The notes: a model not told the origin generated them from the sequence alone. A DNA stretch of 64,000 nt from an uncultured Rhodocyclaceae bacterium (GCA_964602565.1 CAZRRI010000004.1:4668-68667); one strand, 5' to 3'; numbered from the stretch's first letter, positions 37,006-46,076 are shown. Numbers and translations: made by a program.

Positions 37006-37266
37006 TTACATGCCCTTGACGGTGCCGCCGGCCGCCTTGCATTCCTTCTCGTTGGCCTTGGTGACCCAGCCCTGGCCCTTGCAGGCGTTCATGCCCTTGC
37101 AGTCGTTCTTCGCGCTCTTGCATTCCGATTTGCCCTTGCAGGCATTGGCGCCGACGCAATGCACAGCTTCTCCCGCCGCGTAAACAGGGGTAGTCGAAAT
37201 GGCGCCCATCGCGAAGATGGTGGCGGCGGCGGTGGCCAGGGCGATGCCGGAAGTCTTGGTCGTCAT
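37006..37266 (-). CDS. DUF2282 Cys-rich secreted precursor peptide (bufferin BufA1-like)
   Basis: 86 aa. Sec signal peptide ending VYAAGE. The core has six Cys in repeated C-K-G/S contexts (HCVGANACKGKSECKSAKNDCKGMNACKGQGW...KECKAAGG). SD AGGAGA. Confidence 0.8.
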   Translation of the reverse strand: MTTKTSGIALATAAATIFAMGAISTTPVYAAGEAVHCVGANACKGKSECKSAKNDCKGMNACKGQGWVTKANEKECKAAGGTVKGM

Positions 37267-37408
37267 GTTGAGTCTCCTGAGGTTGTAAAGGGGTGCCCGA
37301 TCGTTCCGGCGCCGGAGGTTTGCTGCTGCCCGACGCCGGTCAGGTACCGAATAGTCGTGCGTGCCGGAAATTTCTTACACGATTGCGCAGGAGGCGGTCG
37401 CTTCCCCA

Positions 37409-38017
37409 TCACTTGCCCAGCCACTGCGCCAACTGGTCGAAGAAGACCACGTAAAGCGCAATCGGCAGCGGCAGCCCCAGCAGCGTGCCCAGCAGGTAAT
37501 CGCGGAAGCGGATGCCCGACAGGGCCAGCGCGCCGTTCAGCGCCGGCAGGGTCTGAAACAGCATGCGCAGGGTCACCACGCTGCGTAGCGGCGCCGTGTC
37601 GAGCCGGCGGAATATCCGCAGCGCCAGCGGATTCTTTAGGCGGCGCAGCGCATCGCCGCCCAGCAGGCGAACCAACAGGAAGGTGACCACGCACGACACG
37701 CTGGCCGCCACGTAGGTGGCCAGCCCGCCGAGCGGTGCGCCGAACGCGTAGACCGCCGACGCCAGAAACACCCAGCCGGGAATCAGCAGCAGGTTGCCCA
37801 GCGAAAACAGCACGACGAAGAACAGCACCCCGCCCAACGGATGACCGGCGATGCTTCGCTGCAAGGTCGCCAGCTCGAACTGCTCGCCCAGGCCGCTGAG
37901 CCGGAAGGCAAGCAGCAGCACCAGCACGAACGCCACCACCACCAGCAGGCGTCCGTAGGTTTTGATCCAGACTTGGGCCGTGGCAAACTGGCTCACGACA
38001 ACATACCTCCCTTGCAT
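37409..38017 (-). CDS. TVP38/TMEM64 (DedA-related) family membrane protein
   Basis: Polytopic. Motif LGNLLLIPGWVFLASAVYAFG...RLLGGD. Start is ambiguous among GTG 38041, ATG 38017 and GTG 37996, the last preceded by GGGAGG. Confidence 0.7.
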   Translation of the reverse strand: MQGRYVVVSQFATAQVWIKTYGRLLVVVAFVLVLLLAFRLSGLGEQFELATLQRSIAGHPLGGVLFFVVLFSLGNLLLIPGWVFLASAVYAFGAPLGGLATYVAASVSCVVTFLLVRLLGGDALRRLKNPLALRIFRRLDTAPLRSVVTLRMLFQTLPALNGALALSGIRFRDYLLGTLLGLPLPIALYVVFFDQLAQWLGK

Positions 38018-38095
38018 TGCGCCCCTCGGTGGGACGGGCACGCGAATTAGTCGGAGACAAGGAGGGAAAGCTTACAACGGTGGGCGCCGTAGCCT

Positions 38096-38171
38096 GGCGT
38101 ATCGCCGCGGCTGACTTTCGAAAGGACTGGCCCGGCGTATCGCCACGGCTGACTTTCGGTAGGAATGGGCC
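38096..38171 (+). repeat. 38-bp tandem repeat (2 full copies plus a degenerate third) in the divergent intergenic region
   Basis: Unit 1 at 38096-38133 is GGCGTATCGCCGCGGCTGACTTTCGAAAGGACTGGCCC. Unit 2 at 38134-38171 is GGCGTATCGCCACGGCTGACTTTCGGTAGGAATGGGCC. A roughly 50%-identical third unit follows. Confidence 0.85.
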
Positions 38172-38472
38172 GACGTATTCAAACGGTACTGTAAGGAAAT
38201 ACCTGGGTCTCCGACCAATCGCTCAGCGGGCCAACACCTGCATGACCGCGAACCCACCACGAGAAAACTCACCATGAACAGGACCCTGACCGCTGCTTCC
38301 CTCGGCGGCGCCCTCGCCGACGCCTACCCGACGCACGGCGTCCGGGCGGCCGTGCTGCTCTATCTCGTCGCCCGGGGGCCGGGTACGACGTCGCTGGATC
38401 ATTTGCTTGCATGGCGGCTGCATGCTTTGTGAAATAATGGCCGCTCCGCCGGCCTGCCCGTCGTCGCCCGCC

Positions 38473-39060
38473 ATGACCGCCGCCTTCGATGCCGAGACCC
38501 TGAGTTCGATCCGCCAGGACATGCTGCGCTTCGCGCGCTTGCAGTTGCGCGACGATGCGCTGGCCGAGGACGCGGTGCAGGACGCCATCGCCAGCGCGCT
38601 GGCCGGCGGCCGCGAGTTCGCCGGCCGCTCGGCGCTGAAGACCTGGGTGTTCGCCATCCTGCGCAACAAGATCGTCGACGCCATCCGCGAGCGCAGCCGC
38701 TCGATCAACATCTCGGCGCTCTCGGCCGACGAAGAGGCGATGGACGAAACCTTCGACAGCCTGTTCAAGCCGAACGCGCACTGGCAGCCGGAGACACGCC
38801 CGGCCGACTGGGGCAACCCCGAGGCGGCGCTCCACCAGGAGCAGTTCTGGGCGGTGTTCGAGGCCTGCCTGGAGCACCTGCCGGCCAACACGGCGCGCGT
38901 CTTCATGATGCGCGAGTTCCTCGAATTCGATACCGACGAGGTGTGCGCGGAGCTGTCGATCAGCGCCGGCAACTGCCACGTCATCCTCCACCGTGCACGC
39001 AACGGCCTGCGCCGCTGCCTGGAACAGAACTGGTTCGCCAGCGGAGGCGCAGCATGCTGA
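38473..39060 (+). CDS. ECF-type sigma-70 family RNA polymerase sigma factor
   Basis: Start taken at ATG 38473 (MTAAFDAE). Region 2 (DAVQDAIASAL...TWVFAILRNKIVD) and region 4 (ARVFMMREFLEFDTDEVCAELSISAGNCHVILHRAR). Confidence 0.85.
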   Translation: MTAAFDAETLSSIRQDMLRFARLQLRDDALAEDAVQDAIASALAGGREFAGRSALKTWVFAILRNKIVDAIRERSRSINISALSADEEAMDETFDSLFKPNAHWQPETRPADWGNPEAALHQEQFWAVFEACLEHLPANTARVFMMREFLEFDTDEVCAELSISAGNCHVILHRARNGLRRCLEQNWFASGGAAC

Positions 39061-39245
39061 CCTGCAAGGAAGTCACCCACCTGCTCTCGGAAGGGCAGGA
39101 CCGCAAGCTGACGGTGGGCGAGCGGGCGCGCCTGGAGATGCATCTGCTGATTTGTGCCGGGTGTTCCAACTTCAGCAAGCAGATGGACTTTCTGCGCAGC
39201 GCCTGCCGGCGCTACGTCGACACTCGATCATCCGGAAAAAAATAG
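39054..39245 (+). CDS. Small zf-HC2 anti-sigma factor
   Basis: The ATG at 39054 overlaps the sigma stop. 63 aa. H-x3-C-x2-C motif (MHLLICAGC). No TM segment. Confidence 0.65.
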   Translation: MLTCKEVTHLLSEGQDRKLTVGERARLEMHLLICAGCSNFSKQMDFLRSACRRYVDTRSSGKK

Positions 39246-39263
39246 CGGGACGGCCGGCCGCGA

Positions 39264-40715
39264 TCAGTGCACGGTACAGACCATGCAGGGATCGAAGGAG
39301 CGGACGACGTGCTGGACGGCGACCGGCGCCCTGCCATCGGCGCCGAGCGGAATGCCGGCCAGCGCGCGTTCGAGCGCGCCGGGCTTGCCCGCGCTGTCGC
39401 GCGGCGAGAAATTCCACGTGGTGGGCGCGATGATCTGGTAGTTGTGGATGCGGCCACGCCGGATGGACAGCCAATGGCCGAGTGAGCCGCGCGCGGCTTC
39501 GACGAGGCCGGCGCTCTCGGCCTCGGCGGGCAATTCGCCCTCGACGGAGAAGGCTTCTCCCGGACGCAGGGCCGCGGCCCAGGTTTCCATGGCGGGAAGC
39601 AGGCGCGCGACTTCGAGCAGGCGCGCGACGACGCGCGCTTCGACGCCACCGCCATCGCGGGCAACGAGGTCGCGGGCAAGCGGATGACCGGCGACGAGCT
39701 GCCGCGCCAGCGCGCCGGTCTCGACCACCTCGCCGCCCAGGCGTGGCGCCTTGCACCAGGTGTAGGCGGATTCCTTGTCGGCGATGGGCAGCGTCGAGCC
39801 GCGCGCGGGTTCGAGCGGCGCCCCGGCGTCGGCATACCAGGCGTGGCTGACGTCCTCGGCGATCCGCGCCGGGTCGAGCAGCGCCGGGCCGCCGGCCCAG
39901 ACGCCCGCCGGCCACCAGCGGCCGCCGCCTGTCCCCTCCTGCTCGTAGGCGCCGTAGCTCATGAAGGCGACGCCGGCATGGCCGAGCGCCGAAAGGTTCA
40001 GCGCCCGCGAGGCGCGCAGGAACAGGCCGAAGTCGCTCCCGCCATGCCGGTCGGCCCAGGCCGCCAGTTCGTCCGCCGAGGCGATGGCCGCGACGGCTTC
40101 GAGCACGTCACCGAAGGTCGTGCGTTCGAGAAAGCGGCGGAAGTCGCGCAACACGCGCAGCAGGCGCAGGCGCTCGGAGGCATTGACCGGATGCGTCGAG
40201 CCACCCGGCTGCAATGTCAGGGTATGCGGCCACTTGCCGGCCAAAAGGCCCATGGCGCGCATCCAGCCGGCACGCGCGGGCAGGAAATCGGCGGCCGCGC
40301 TGCCGGTCACGGCCTTGAAGCGCGCCGAGGTGGCGTGCCACCACGGCTGACTTTCGTAGCAGTCGCGCGCGAAGTCGGGCATGAAGAACAGATAGAAATG
40401 GGTGACGTGGTCGGCAAGGTTCTCGACCGCGTGGATCAGGTTCGCCGCCAGCCTGCCGTTGTCCGGCGGCTTGATGCCCATGGCGGCGGCCAGCGCCCGT
40501 GACGCGGCGGCCGACTGCGACACCGAGCAGATGCCGCAGATGCGCGGCACGAAGACCAGCGCATCCATGGGCGCCTTGCCTTGCAGGATCTGCTCGAAGC
40601 CCCGATAGAGCGAGCTTTTCACGCGCGCCTCGCGCACGCGCCCGTCGGCGATATCGAGGATCACTTCGAGATCGCCCTCGACACGGTTGAACGGTCCCAC
40701 CACCAATCGGCTCAT
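39264..40715 (-). CDS. hoxC: Regulatory (H2-sensing) [NiFe] hydrogenase large subunit HoxC/HupV
   Basis: VGPFNRVEGDLEV and RICGICSVSQ. The protein ends exactly at DPCMVCTVH with no C-terminal extension, typical of sensor hydrogenases. Start at ATG 40715; the alternative GTG at 40757 lies inside the duplicated junction. Confidence 0.85.
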   Translation of the reverse strand: MSRLVVGPFNRVEGDLEVILDIADGRVREARVKSSLYRGFEQILQGKAPMDALVFVPRICGICSVSQSAAASRALAAAMGIKPPDNGRLAANLIHAVENLADHVTHFYLFFMPDFARDCYESQPWWHATSARFKAVTGSAAADFLPARAGWMRAMGLLAGKWPHTLTLQPGGSTHPVNASERLRLLRVLRDFRRFLERTTFGDVLEAVAAIASADELAAWADRHGGSDFGLFLRASRALNLSALGHAGVAFMSYGAYEQEGTGGGRWWPAGVWAGGPALLDPARIAEDVSHAWYADAGAPLEPARGSTLPIADKESAYTWCKAPRLGGEVVETGALARQLVAGHPLARDLVARDGGGVEARVVARLLEVARLLPAMETWAAALRPGEAFSVEGELPAEAESAGLVEAARGSLGHWLSIRRGRIHNYQIIAPTTWNFSPRDSAGKPGALERALAGIPLGADGRAPVAVQHVVRSFDPCMVCTVH

Positions 40716-40809
40716 GGCTTCTTCATGGAACGCGGCCAGTACGTCCACAACAACCACGGCACGCTAACGCTTCCAATCGGCTCATGGCTTCTTCATGGAA
40801 CGCGGCCAG
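40703..40809. repeat. 37-bp perfect direct repeat (period 70 bp) duplicating the hoxB-stop/hoxC-start junction
   Basis: CCAATCGGCTCATGGCTTCTTCATGGAACGCGGCCAG occurs at 40703-40739 and again at 40773-40809. Confidence 0.9.
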
Positions 40810-41771
40810 GGGATGATGTGATCGGAGGTGGAATTCCGGCGCACCCGCGCCGGCGTCGCGGACTTCGACAGGGCCGCCAGGGCGACGAACCAGGCCTTCG
40901 GCATGTCCAGCGGCAGCCCGATCGGAATGCCGGCGACCTTCGGCGTGCTGTTGAACAGGTGGCCGGGTTCCTCGAAACCGGGCTCGGTGCAGCTGATGCA
41001 GGCATAACCGCCATCGGTACAGGAACCGCCGCCGTTCCAGGGCCGCAGGTTGCAGTCGGCATGCGCCTGCGTGCCCTTGCAGCCGAGATGCTCCATCAGG
41101 CAGCCCTGCTCGCCGCCCTTCTGGGCGCTGGCCTTGAATTCGTAGAACTCGTTGCGCTTGCAGCCGTGATGAACGAGCACGTCGGCGTAGAAGCGCGGTC
41201 GCGCCAGTTCATCGAGCGCTTCCCGACCCATCTCGTTGCGTGCGAGCGACAGCAGCGTCTCGGTCACCCAGTCCGGGTGCGTCGGACAACCGGCGACGTT
41301 GACGACCGGAAGTCCCGATGGCGAGCAAAATCCGCTGCCGAGCAGGCCGCCCGGGTTGGCGCCGTCGTACTGCAGACCGCAGGCATCGGTGGGATTGCTG
41401 CCCGCCGCGGTGATGCCGCCAAAGGCCGCGCACGAGCCGATCGCCACGACATGCCGGGCACGCGCCGCCAGCAGCCTCACCCACTCGATCATCGGCCTTT
41501 CGGTACCGGCCATGACATGGAAGCGGCCGCTGCCGCCCGGCCCGAGCAGCATGGAACCCTCGACGCAGAGCACGTCGAATGGCAGGCTGCCATCGGCGCA
41601 GGCATCGAGGATGGCAAGCGATTCGTCGGCGCTGGCCTCGGACACGCTCGGATGCCAGACGATCTCGATGCCCGCGTCCGCCAGCGTGGCGAACAGCGCG
41701 GACCATTCGCTGCCCAGCCAGGATAGCGTGCAACCGCCGCAACCGCCCGATTGCAACCATATCAGCTTCAT
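40782..41771 (-). CDS. hoxB: Regulatory [NiFe] hydrogenase small subunit HoxB/HupU (no Tat signal)
   Basis: The ATG at 41771 gives MKLIWLQSGGCGGCTLS. There is no twin-arginine leader. Fe-S Cys ligands are present. Confidence 0.85.
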   Translation of the reverse strand: MKLIWLQSGGCGGCTLSWLGSEWSALFATLADAGIEIVWHPSVSEASADESLAILDACADGSLPFDVLCVEGSMLLGPGGSGRFHVMAGTERPMIEWVRLLAARARHVVAIGSCAAFGGITAAGSNPTDACGLQYDGANPGGLLGSGFCSPSGLPVVNVAGCPTHPDWVTETLLSLARNEMGREALDELARPRFYADVLVHHGCKRNEFYEFKASAQKGGEQGCLMEHLGCKGTQAHADCNLRPWNGGGSCTDGGYACISCTEPGFEEPGHLFNSTPKVAGIPIGLPLDMPKAWFVALAALSKSATPARVRRNSTSDHIIPWPRSMKKP

Positions 41772-41824
41772 GCGCCCTCCACCTCCCGTCACCTCCGCCC
41801 TTGGGGCGGCCCGGCGGATGGCGC

Positions 41825-43261
41825 TCATTCGGAACGCTCCAGCCCGTAGCGGGCAAGCTTGGCGCGCAGACCGACGCGCGACAGGCCTAGCTCCTCGGCG
41901 GCGCGGCTCTTGTTGCCGCGCAAACGCGCCATCGTTTCCCGAATGACGTCGGCCTCGATGCGCTCGACGCGATCCTTCAGCGTGCCATTGGCAACCACGT
42001 CCACGGCAGCGTGGTTGCCGTTCACTACGCGAACCGCCGGCGAAAGCAGCTCCACACCCAGGACGTCGTCATCCGCCAGCGCCAGCATGCGCATGATTTC
42101 GTTCTGCAACTCCCGCACATTGCCCGGCCAGGCATAGCGTTCCAGACAACGCAGCGCCTCCGGCGCGAGCAACGCGCCTTGCCTGGCGGCCTGCGTCCGG
42201 CGCAGGTCCAGCAACTCGGCGGCGATCAGGGCGATGTCCTGCGGACGCTCGCGCAGCGGCGGCAGGCGCAGCGTCATGCCCGCCAGGCGGTAATAGAGAT
42301 CCTCGCGAAAGCGGCCGCTGCGCACGTCGGCTTCCAGGTCGCGGTTGGTCGCGGCAATCACGCGCACGTCGATCGAGACCGGCCGGGGGCTGCCGAGCGG
42401 ACGGATCTCGCCTTCCTGTAGCGCCCGCAGCAGTTTGACCTGGAAGGCCGGCGAAGTCTCGCCGATCTCGTCGAGGAAGATCGTGCCGCCATCGGCCTGC
42501 TGGAAGAGCCCGATGCGATCCTCGAAGGCGCCCGTGTAGGCGCCGCGCTTGTGGCCGAACAGTTCGGATTCGAGCAGGGTATCCGGCAGCGCGCCGCAGT
42601 TCTCGACGATGAATGCGCCGTCGGCGCGGCGGCTCGCGTAATGCACCGCGCGCGCCAGCAGTTCCTTGCCGGTTCCGGATTCACCGGTGATCAGGATGGA
42701 CATTTCGTGCGCCGCGACGCGCTCGGCGATGCGGCACACGTCGTTGAGCGGACTGTCGGCCGATCGCGCCAGCCGGCTGAAGGCGGCTTCCGCACGCGCG
42801 CGGCCCTGTTTCTCCTTGACGCGCGTCTTGAGCACTTCGGGACTGGAACGCAACTCCAGCGTCAGCCGCTGGTGGGCCTGCTGCAAGCGCCAGAGTTCGG
42901 CGGCGCCGCGCAGCGTCAGCAACAACTGCTCGGGATGCCACGGCTTGAGGATGTATTGCCAGATGCCGGCTTCGTTGATGCCGGCGATGATGTCTTCGGC
43001 CTCGGTAAAGCCCGAGATGATGATGCGCACCGTGTCGGGCCATTGCACGCACACCTGCTTGAGGAACTCGACGCCCGACGTCCCCGGCATGCGCTGGTCG
43101 CACAGGAGGATATGCACGAACTCGCGTGCCATCAGCGCCGCCGCTTCGTCGGCCGAGCCCGCGGTCAGGACGGCAAACTCCTCGTCCAGCGTGCGTCGCA
43201 GCGCCTCCTGCGAACGCACCTCGTCGTCTACGACGAGAACCACTGCCTTGGCAACCGTCAC
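41825..43261 (-). CDS. hoxA: Sigma-54-dependent response regulator HoxA/HupR (NtrC family)
   Basis: Receiver domain (VLVVDDE...LLCDQRMPG). AAA+ domain with GESGTGKE and GAFTGA-like GAYTGA. C-terminal Fis-type HTH. Confidence 0.85.
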   Translation of the reverse strand: MTVAKAVVLVVDDEVRSQEALRRTLDEEFAVLTAGSADEAAALMAREFVHILLCDQRMPGTSGVEFLKQVCVQWPDTVRIIISGFTEAEDIIAGINEAGIWQYILKPWHPEQLLLTLRGAAELWRLQQAHQRLTLELRSSPEVLKTRVKEKQGRARAEAAFSRLARSADSPLNDVCRIAERVAAHEMSILITGESGTGKELLARAVHYASRRADGAFIVENCGALPDTLLESELFGHKRGAYTGAFEDRIGLFQQADGGTIFLDEIGETSPAFQVKLLRALQEGEIRPLGSPRPVSIDVRVIAATNRDLEADVRSGRFREDLYYRLAGMTLRLPPLRERPQDIALIAAELLDLRRTQAARQGALLAPEALRCLERYAWPGNVRELQNEIMRMLALADDDVLGVELLSPAVRVVNGNHAAVDVVANGTLKDRVERIEADVIRETMARLRGNKSRAAEELGLSRVGLRAKLARYGLERSE

Positions 43262-43455
43262 CGATGATCCCCCGTGAAAGGGGGCATTTCAAGCGGCGGG
43301 CCCCGCCTTGTCAAGCCGCGACCGGGAAATGCCGCCCGCGAGGCGCGCGCACCGGACGGACCCGGCATGGCGATGCGTCGAAATTGACCTGACGCAATAT
43401 CACCACGACAGTAAACTGCCGGATTGTCCAATTCGCCGCCTTACCGGAGCACGCA

Positions 43456-45345
43456 ATGACCGACGCACGGTCCAGCCCGTTGATCGACATTCTCGACCGC
43501 CACCGCCACGACGGCACCCGGCTGATGCAGATCCTGCGCGAGGCGCAGGAGGCATTGGGTTGGCTGTCGCCCGAGACGATCACCGCGATCGCGGCCGACA
43601 TCGGCTGGCCGCGCGCCAAGGTGGAAGGCACGGCCGGCTTCTACAGCTTCTTCCACACGCGGCCGATGGGCGAGTACCGCGTGCTCTGGAGCGACAACAT
43701 CACCGATCGCATGCTCGGCAACCTGGACCTCATGCAGGCGATGTGCCAGAAGCTCTGGCTGGAACCGGGCCGCGTCTCGGAGGATGGCCTGGTCAGTGTC
43801 GACACCACATCCTGCACGGGCATGTGCGACCAGGGCCCGGCGGTGCTGGTCAATTACCGCGCCATCCCGCGCATGACGCCCGCCCGCGTCGAGCACATGG
43901 TCGAACTCATCCGCACGCGCACGCCGCTCGCCGAATGGCCGGTGGAGTGGTTCGCCATCGAGGACAACATCCGCCGCGCCGACGTTCTGCTTGGCAACGA
44001 CATGATGCCCGGCGATGCGCTCAAGGTCTGCCTGGCGCGCGGCGCCGATCAGCCCAGGATCGAGACCGCCTCCAACGAGCGCTCCTTCCGCGAAGCCATC
44101 CACACCGGCGATGCCGGGCCGGGCGCGACGCTGGACGAGATCAAGAGATCCGGACTGCGCGGTCGCGGCGGCGCCGGATTCACCACCGGCCTCAAGTGGG
44201 AAGCCTGCCGCAACGCGCGCGGAACGGGGGAAAACGCGGCGCACTATGTCATCTGCAATGCCGACGAGGGCGAGCCCGGTACCTTCAAGGACCGCGTGCT
44301 GCTGACGCGGCAGGCGAATCTCGTCTTCGAGGGCATGACGGTCGCCGCCTACGTCATCGGCGCCGGCAAGGGCTACCTCTATCTGCGCGGCGAATACCGC
44401 TACCTGCTGGAGCCGCTGGAGTCAGTCCTGGCGACACGCCGGCGCGCGGGGCTGCTGGGCAGGAACATCCTCGACGTTCCGGGCTTCGACTTCGACATCG
44501 AGATCCACCTCGGTGCCGGCGCCTATGTCTGCGGCGAGGAATCAGCGCTGATCGAATCGCTCGAAGGCAAGCGCGGCGTGCCGCGCAACCGGCCGCCGTA
44601 TCCCGTCACCAACGGCTTCCTCAACCAACCGACCGTGGTGAACAACGTCGAGACCTTCGCCGCCGCGGCGCTGGTCGCGCTCAACGGCGGCGACTGGTAC
44701 CGGAGCCTGGGCACGCCCCGCTCCACCGGCACCAAGATCCTGTCGGTCTCCGGCGATTGCGAACGGCCGGGCATCTACGAATACCCCTTCGGTGTCACGG
44801 TGCGCCAGGTGCTCGCCGACTGCGGGGCCAGGGATTCGCAAGCCGTGCAGATTTCCGGCCCGTCGGGCATCTGTATCGGCCCGGACGAATTCGACCGCCG
44901 CATCGCCTTCGAGGACATCCCGACGGCCGGCGCTTTCATGATCTTCGACATCCGGCGCGACATCTTCGAAGTCGTGCGCAATTTCGTTCACTTCTTCGCG
45001 CACGAATCCTGCGGCTTCTGCACGCCCTGCCGCGTCGGCACGACGCTGCTCAAGAACCTGATGGACAAGATCGCGGCCGGCCACGGCACGCGCTACGACA
45101 TCAACGAGATCTACAACCTGAACCGCGTGCTGCAATCGGCCGCTCACTGCGGCCTCGGCCACACGGCCTGCAATCCGCTCGTGCATACGCTGGAGAAGTT
45201 CCGCCCGGCCTACGAGCGCCGCCTGAAGTCGCTCGAATTCCAGCCCGCCTTCGACCTCGACGCGGCACTATCGGAAGCGCGCCAGATGACCGGGCGCGAC
45301 GACGCCGCGGCCCACCTGGCGACCGAACCGGAGACCTCGCGATGA
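43456..45345 (+). CDS. hoxF: NAD-reducing hydrogenase diaphorase subunit HoxF (NuoE+NuoF-like)
   Basis: 629 aa. NuoE-like N-terminus. GLRGRGGAGFTTGLKWE (FMN/NADH site). ESCGFCTPCRVG [4Fe-4S]. Confidence 0.9.
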   Translation: MTDARSSPLIDILDRHRHDGTRLMQILREAQEALGWLSPETITAIAADIGWPRAKVEGTAGFYSFFHTRPMGEYRVLWSDNITDRMLGNLDLMQAMCQKLWLEPGRVSEDGLVSVDTTSCTGMCDQGPAVLVNYRAIPRMTPARVEHMVELIRTRTPLAEWPVEWFAIEDNIRRADVLLGNDMMPGDALKVCLARGADQPRIETASNERSFREAIHTGDAGPGATLDEIKRSGLRGRGGAGFTTGLKWEACRNARGTGENAAHYVICNADEGEPGTFKDRVLLTRQANLVFEGMTVAAYVIGAGKGYLYLRGEYRYLLEPLESVLATRRRAGLLGRNILDVPGFDFDIEIHLGAGAYVCGEESALIESLEGKRGVPRNRPPYPVTNGFLNQPTVVNNVETFAAAALVALNGGDWYRSLGTPRSTGTKILSVSGDCERPGIYEYPFGVTVRQVLADCGARDSQAVQISGPSGICIGPDEFDRRIAFEDIPTAGAFMIFDIRRDIFEVVRNFVHFFAHESCGFCTPCRVGTTLLKNLMDKIAAGHGTRYDINEIYNLNRVLQSAAHCGLGHTACNPLVHTLEKFRPAYERRLKSLEFQPAFDLDAALSEARQMTGRDDAAAHLATEPETSR

Positions 45346-46076
45346 GCGAACAAACCTTCAACCTCGACGGCCAGGAAATTCCCTTCGCGGCCGGCCAAAG
45401 CGTCATGCAGGCAGCACTGTCGGCGGGCGTGTTCATCCCGCATCTGTGTTATCACCCCGAATTCCGGCCGCATGGCAGTTGCAAGCTGTGCACGGTCAAG
45501 ATCAACGGCCGGCCGGCGACATCCTGCACCACGCCGGCCTGCGCGGGCATGGAAGTCGAGAGCAACACGCAGGAAGTCCTCGACAAGCGGCGGACGCTCT
45601 TGCAGATGCTGCTGGTCGAAGGCAACCATTTCTGTCCGAGCTGCGAGAAGAGCGGCCACTGCAAGTTGCAGGCGCTCGGCTACGAACTCGGCGTGATGAC
45701 GCCGCACTTCAACCACTTCTATCCGGACCGTCCGGTCGACGCGTCGCATCCCGACGTCCTGCTCGACTTCAACCGCTGCATCCTCTGCGAGCTGTGCATC
45801 CGCGCCAGCGCCGAAGTGGATGGCAAAAACGTCTTCGCGCTGTCGGGCCGCGGCATCGGGAAACACCTGATCGTCAATGCCGAATCCGGCAGGCTCGGCG
45901 ACACGGACTTCGCGCTCACCGACAAGGCGGCGCAGGTCTGCCCCGTGGGCGTCATTCTGCCCAAGCGCAAGGGCTTCGCCGTGCCGATCGGCCAGCGCCG
46001 CTTCGACGCCGAGCCGATTTCCGCCCATGTCGACGAATTCAAGCCGGTAACGCCCGGGGCCGGAGGCAGGCCATGA
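45342..46076 (+). CDS. hoxU: NAD-reducing hydrogenase diaphorase Fe-S subunit HoxU (NuoG N-terminal-like)
   Basis: The ATG at 45342 overlaps the hoxF stop. [2Fe-2S] CKLCTV...C, HFCPSCEKSGHC and CILCELCIR. Confidence 0.85.
   Translation: MSEQTFNLDGQEIPFAAGQSVMQAALSAGVFIPHLCYHPEFRPHGSCKLCTVKINGRPATSCTTPACAGMEVESNTQEVLDKRRTLLQMLLVEGNHFCPSCEKSGHCKLQALGYELGVMTPHFNHFYPDRPVDASHPDVLLDFNRCILCELCIRASAEVDGKNVFALSGRGIGKHLIVNAESGRLGDTDFALTDKAAQVCPVGVILPKRKGFAVPIGQRRFDAEPISAHVDEFKPVTPGAGGRP

Noticed and set aside
38017-38277. 86-aa ORF covering the 38-bp tandem repeats
   Set aside because: The repeated peptide simply mirrors the DNA repeat. There is no SD sequence and no recognisable family, and it lies in a divergent promoter region. 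I treat it as non-coding.
43262-43455. Search for a sigma-54 promoter upstream of hoxF
   Set aside because: The closest candidate (GGCAT-GGCGA-TGCG around 43365) has the wrong GG-to-GC spacing, so no -24/-12 element could be supported. A small CCCCC-GTGAAA-GGGGG hairpin at about 43269-43284 is unremarkable.
43308-46076. 922-aa ORF spanning hoxF and hoxU
   Set aside because: Only the last 244 codons (from ATG 45342) look like a real protein (HoxU Fe-S motifs). The upstream part is an out-of-frame read through hoxF with Arg/Pro-rich low-complexity sequence.
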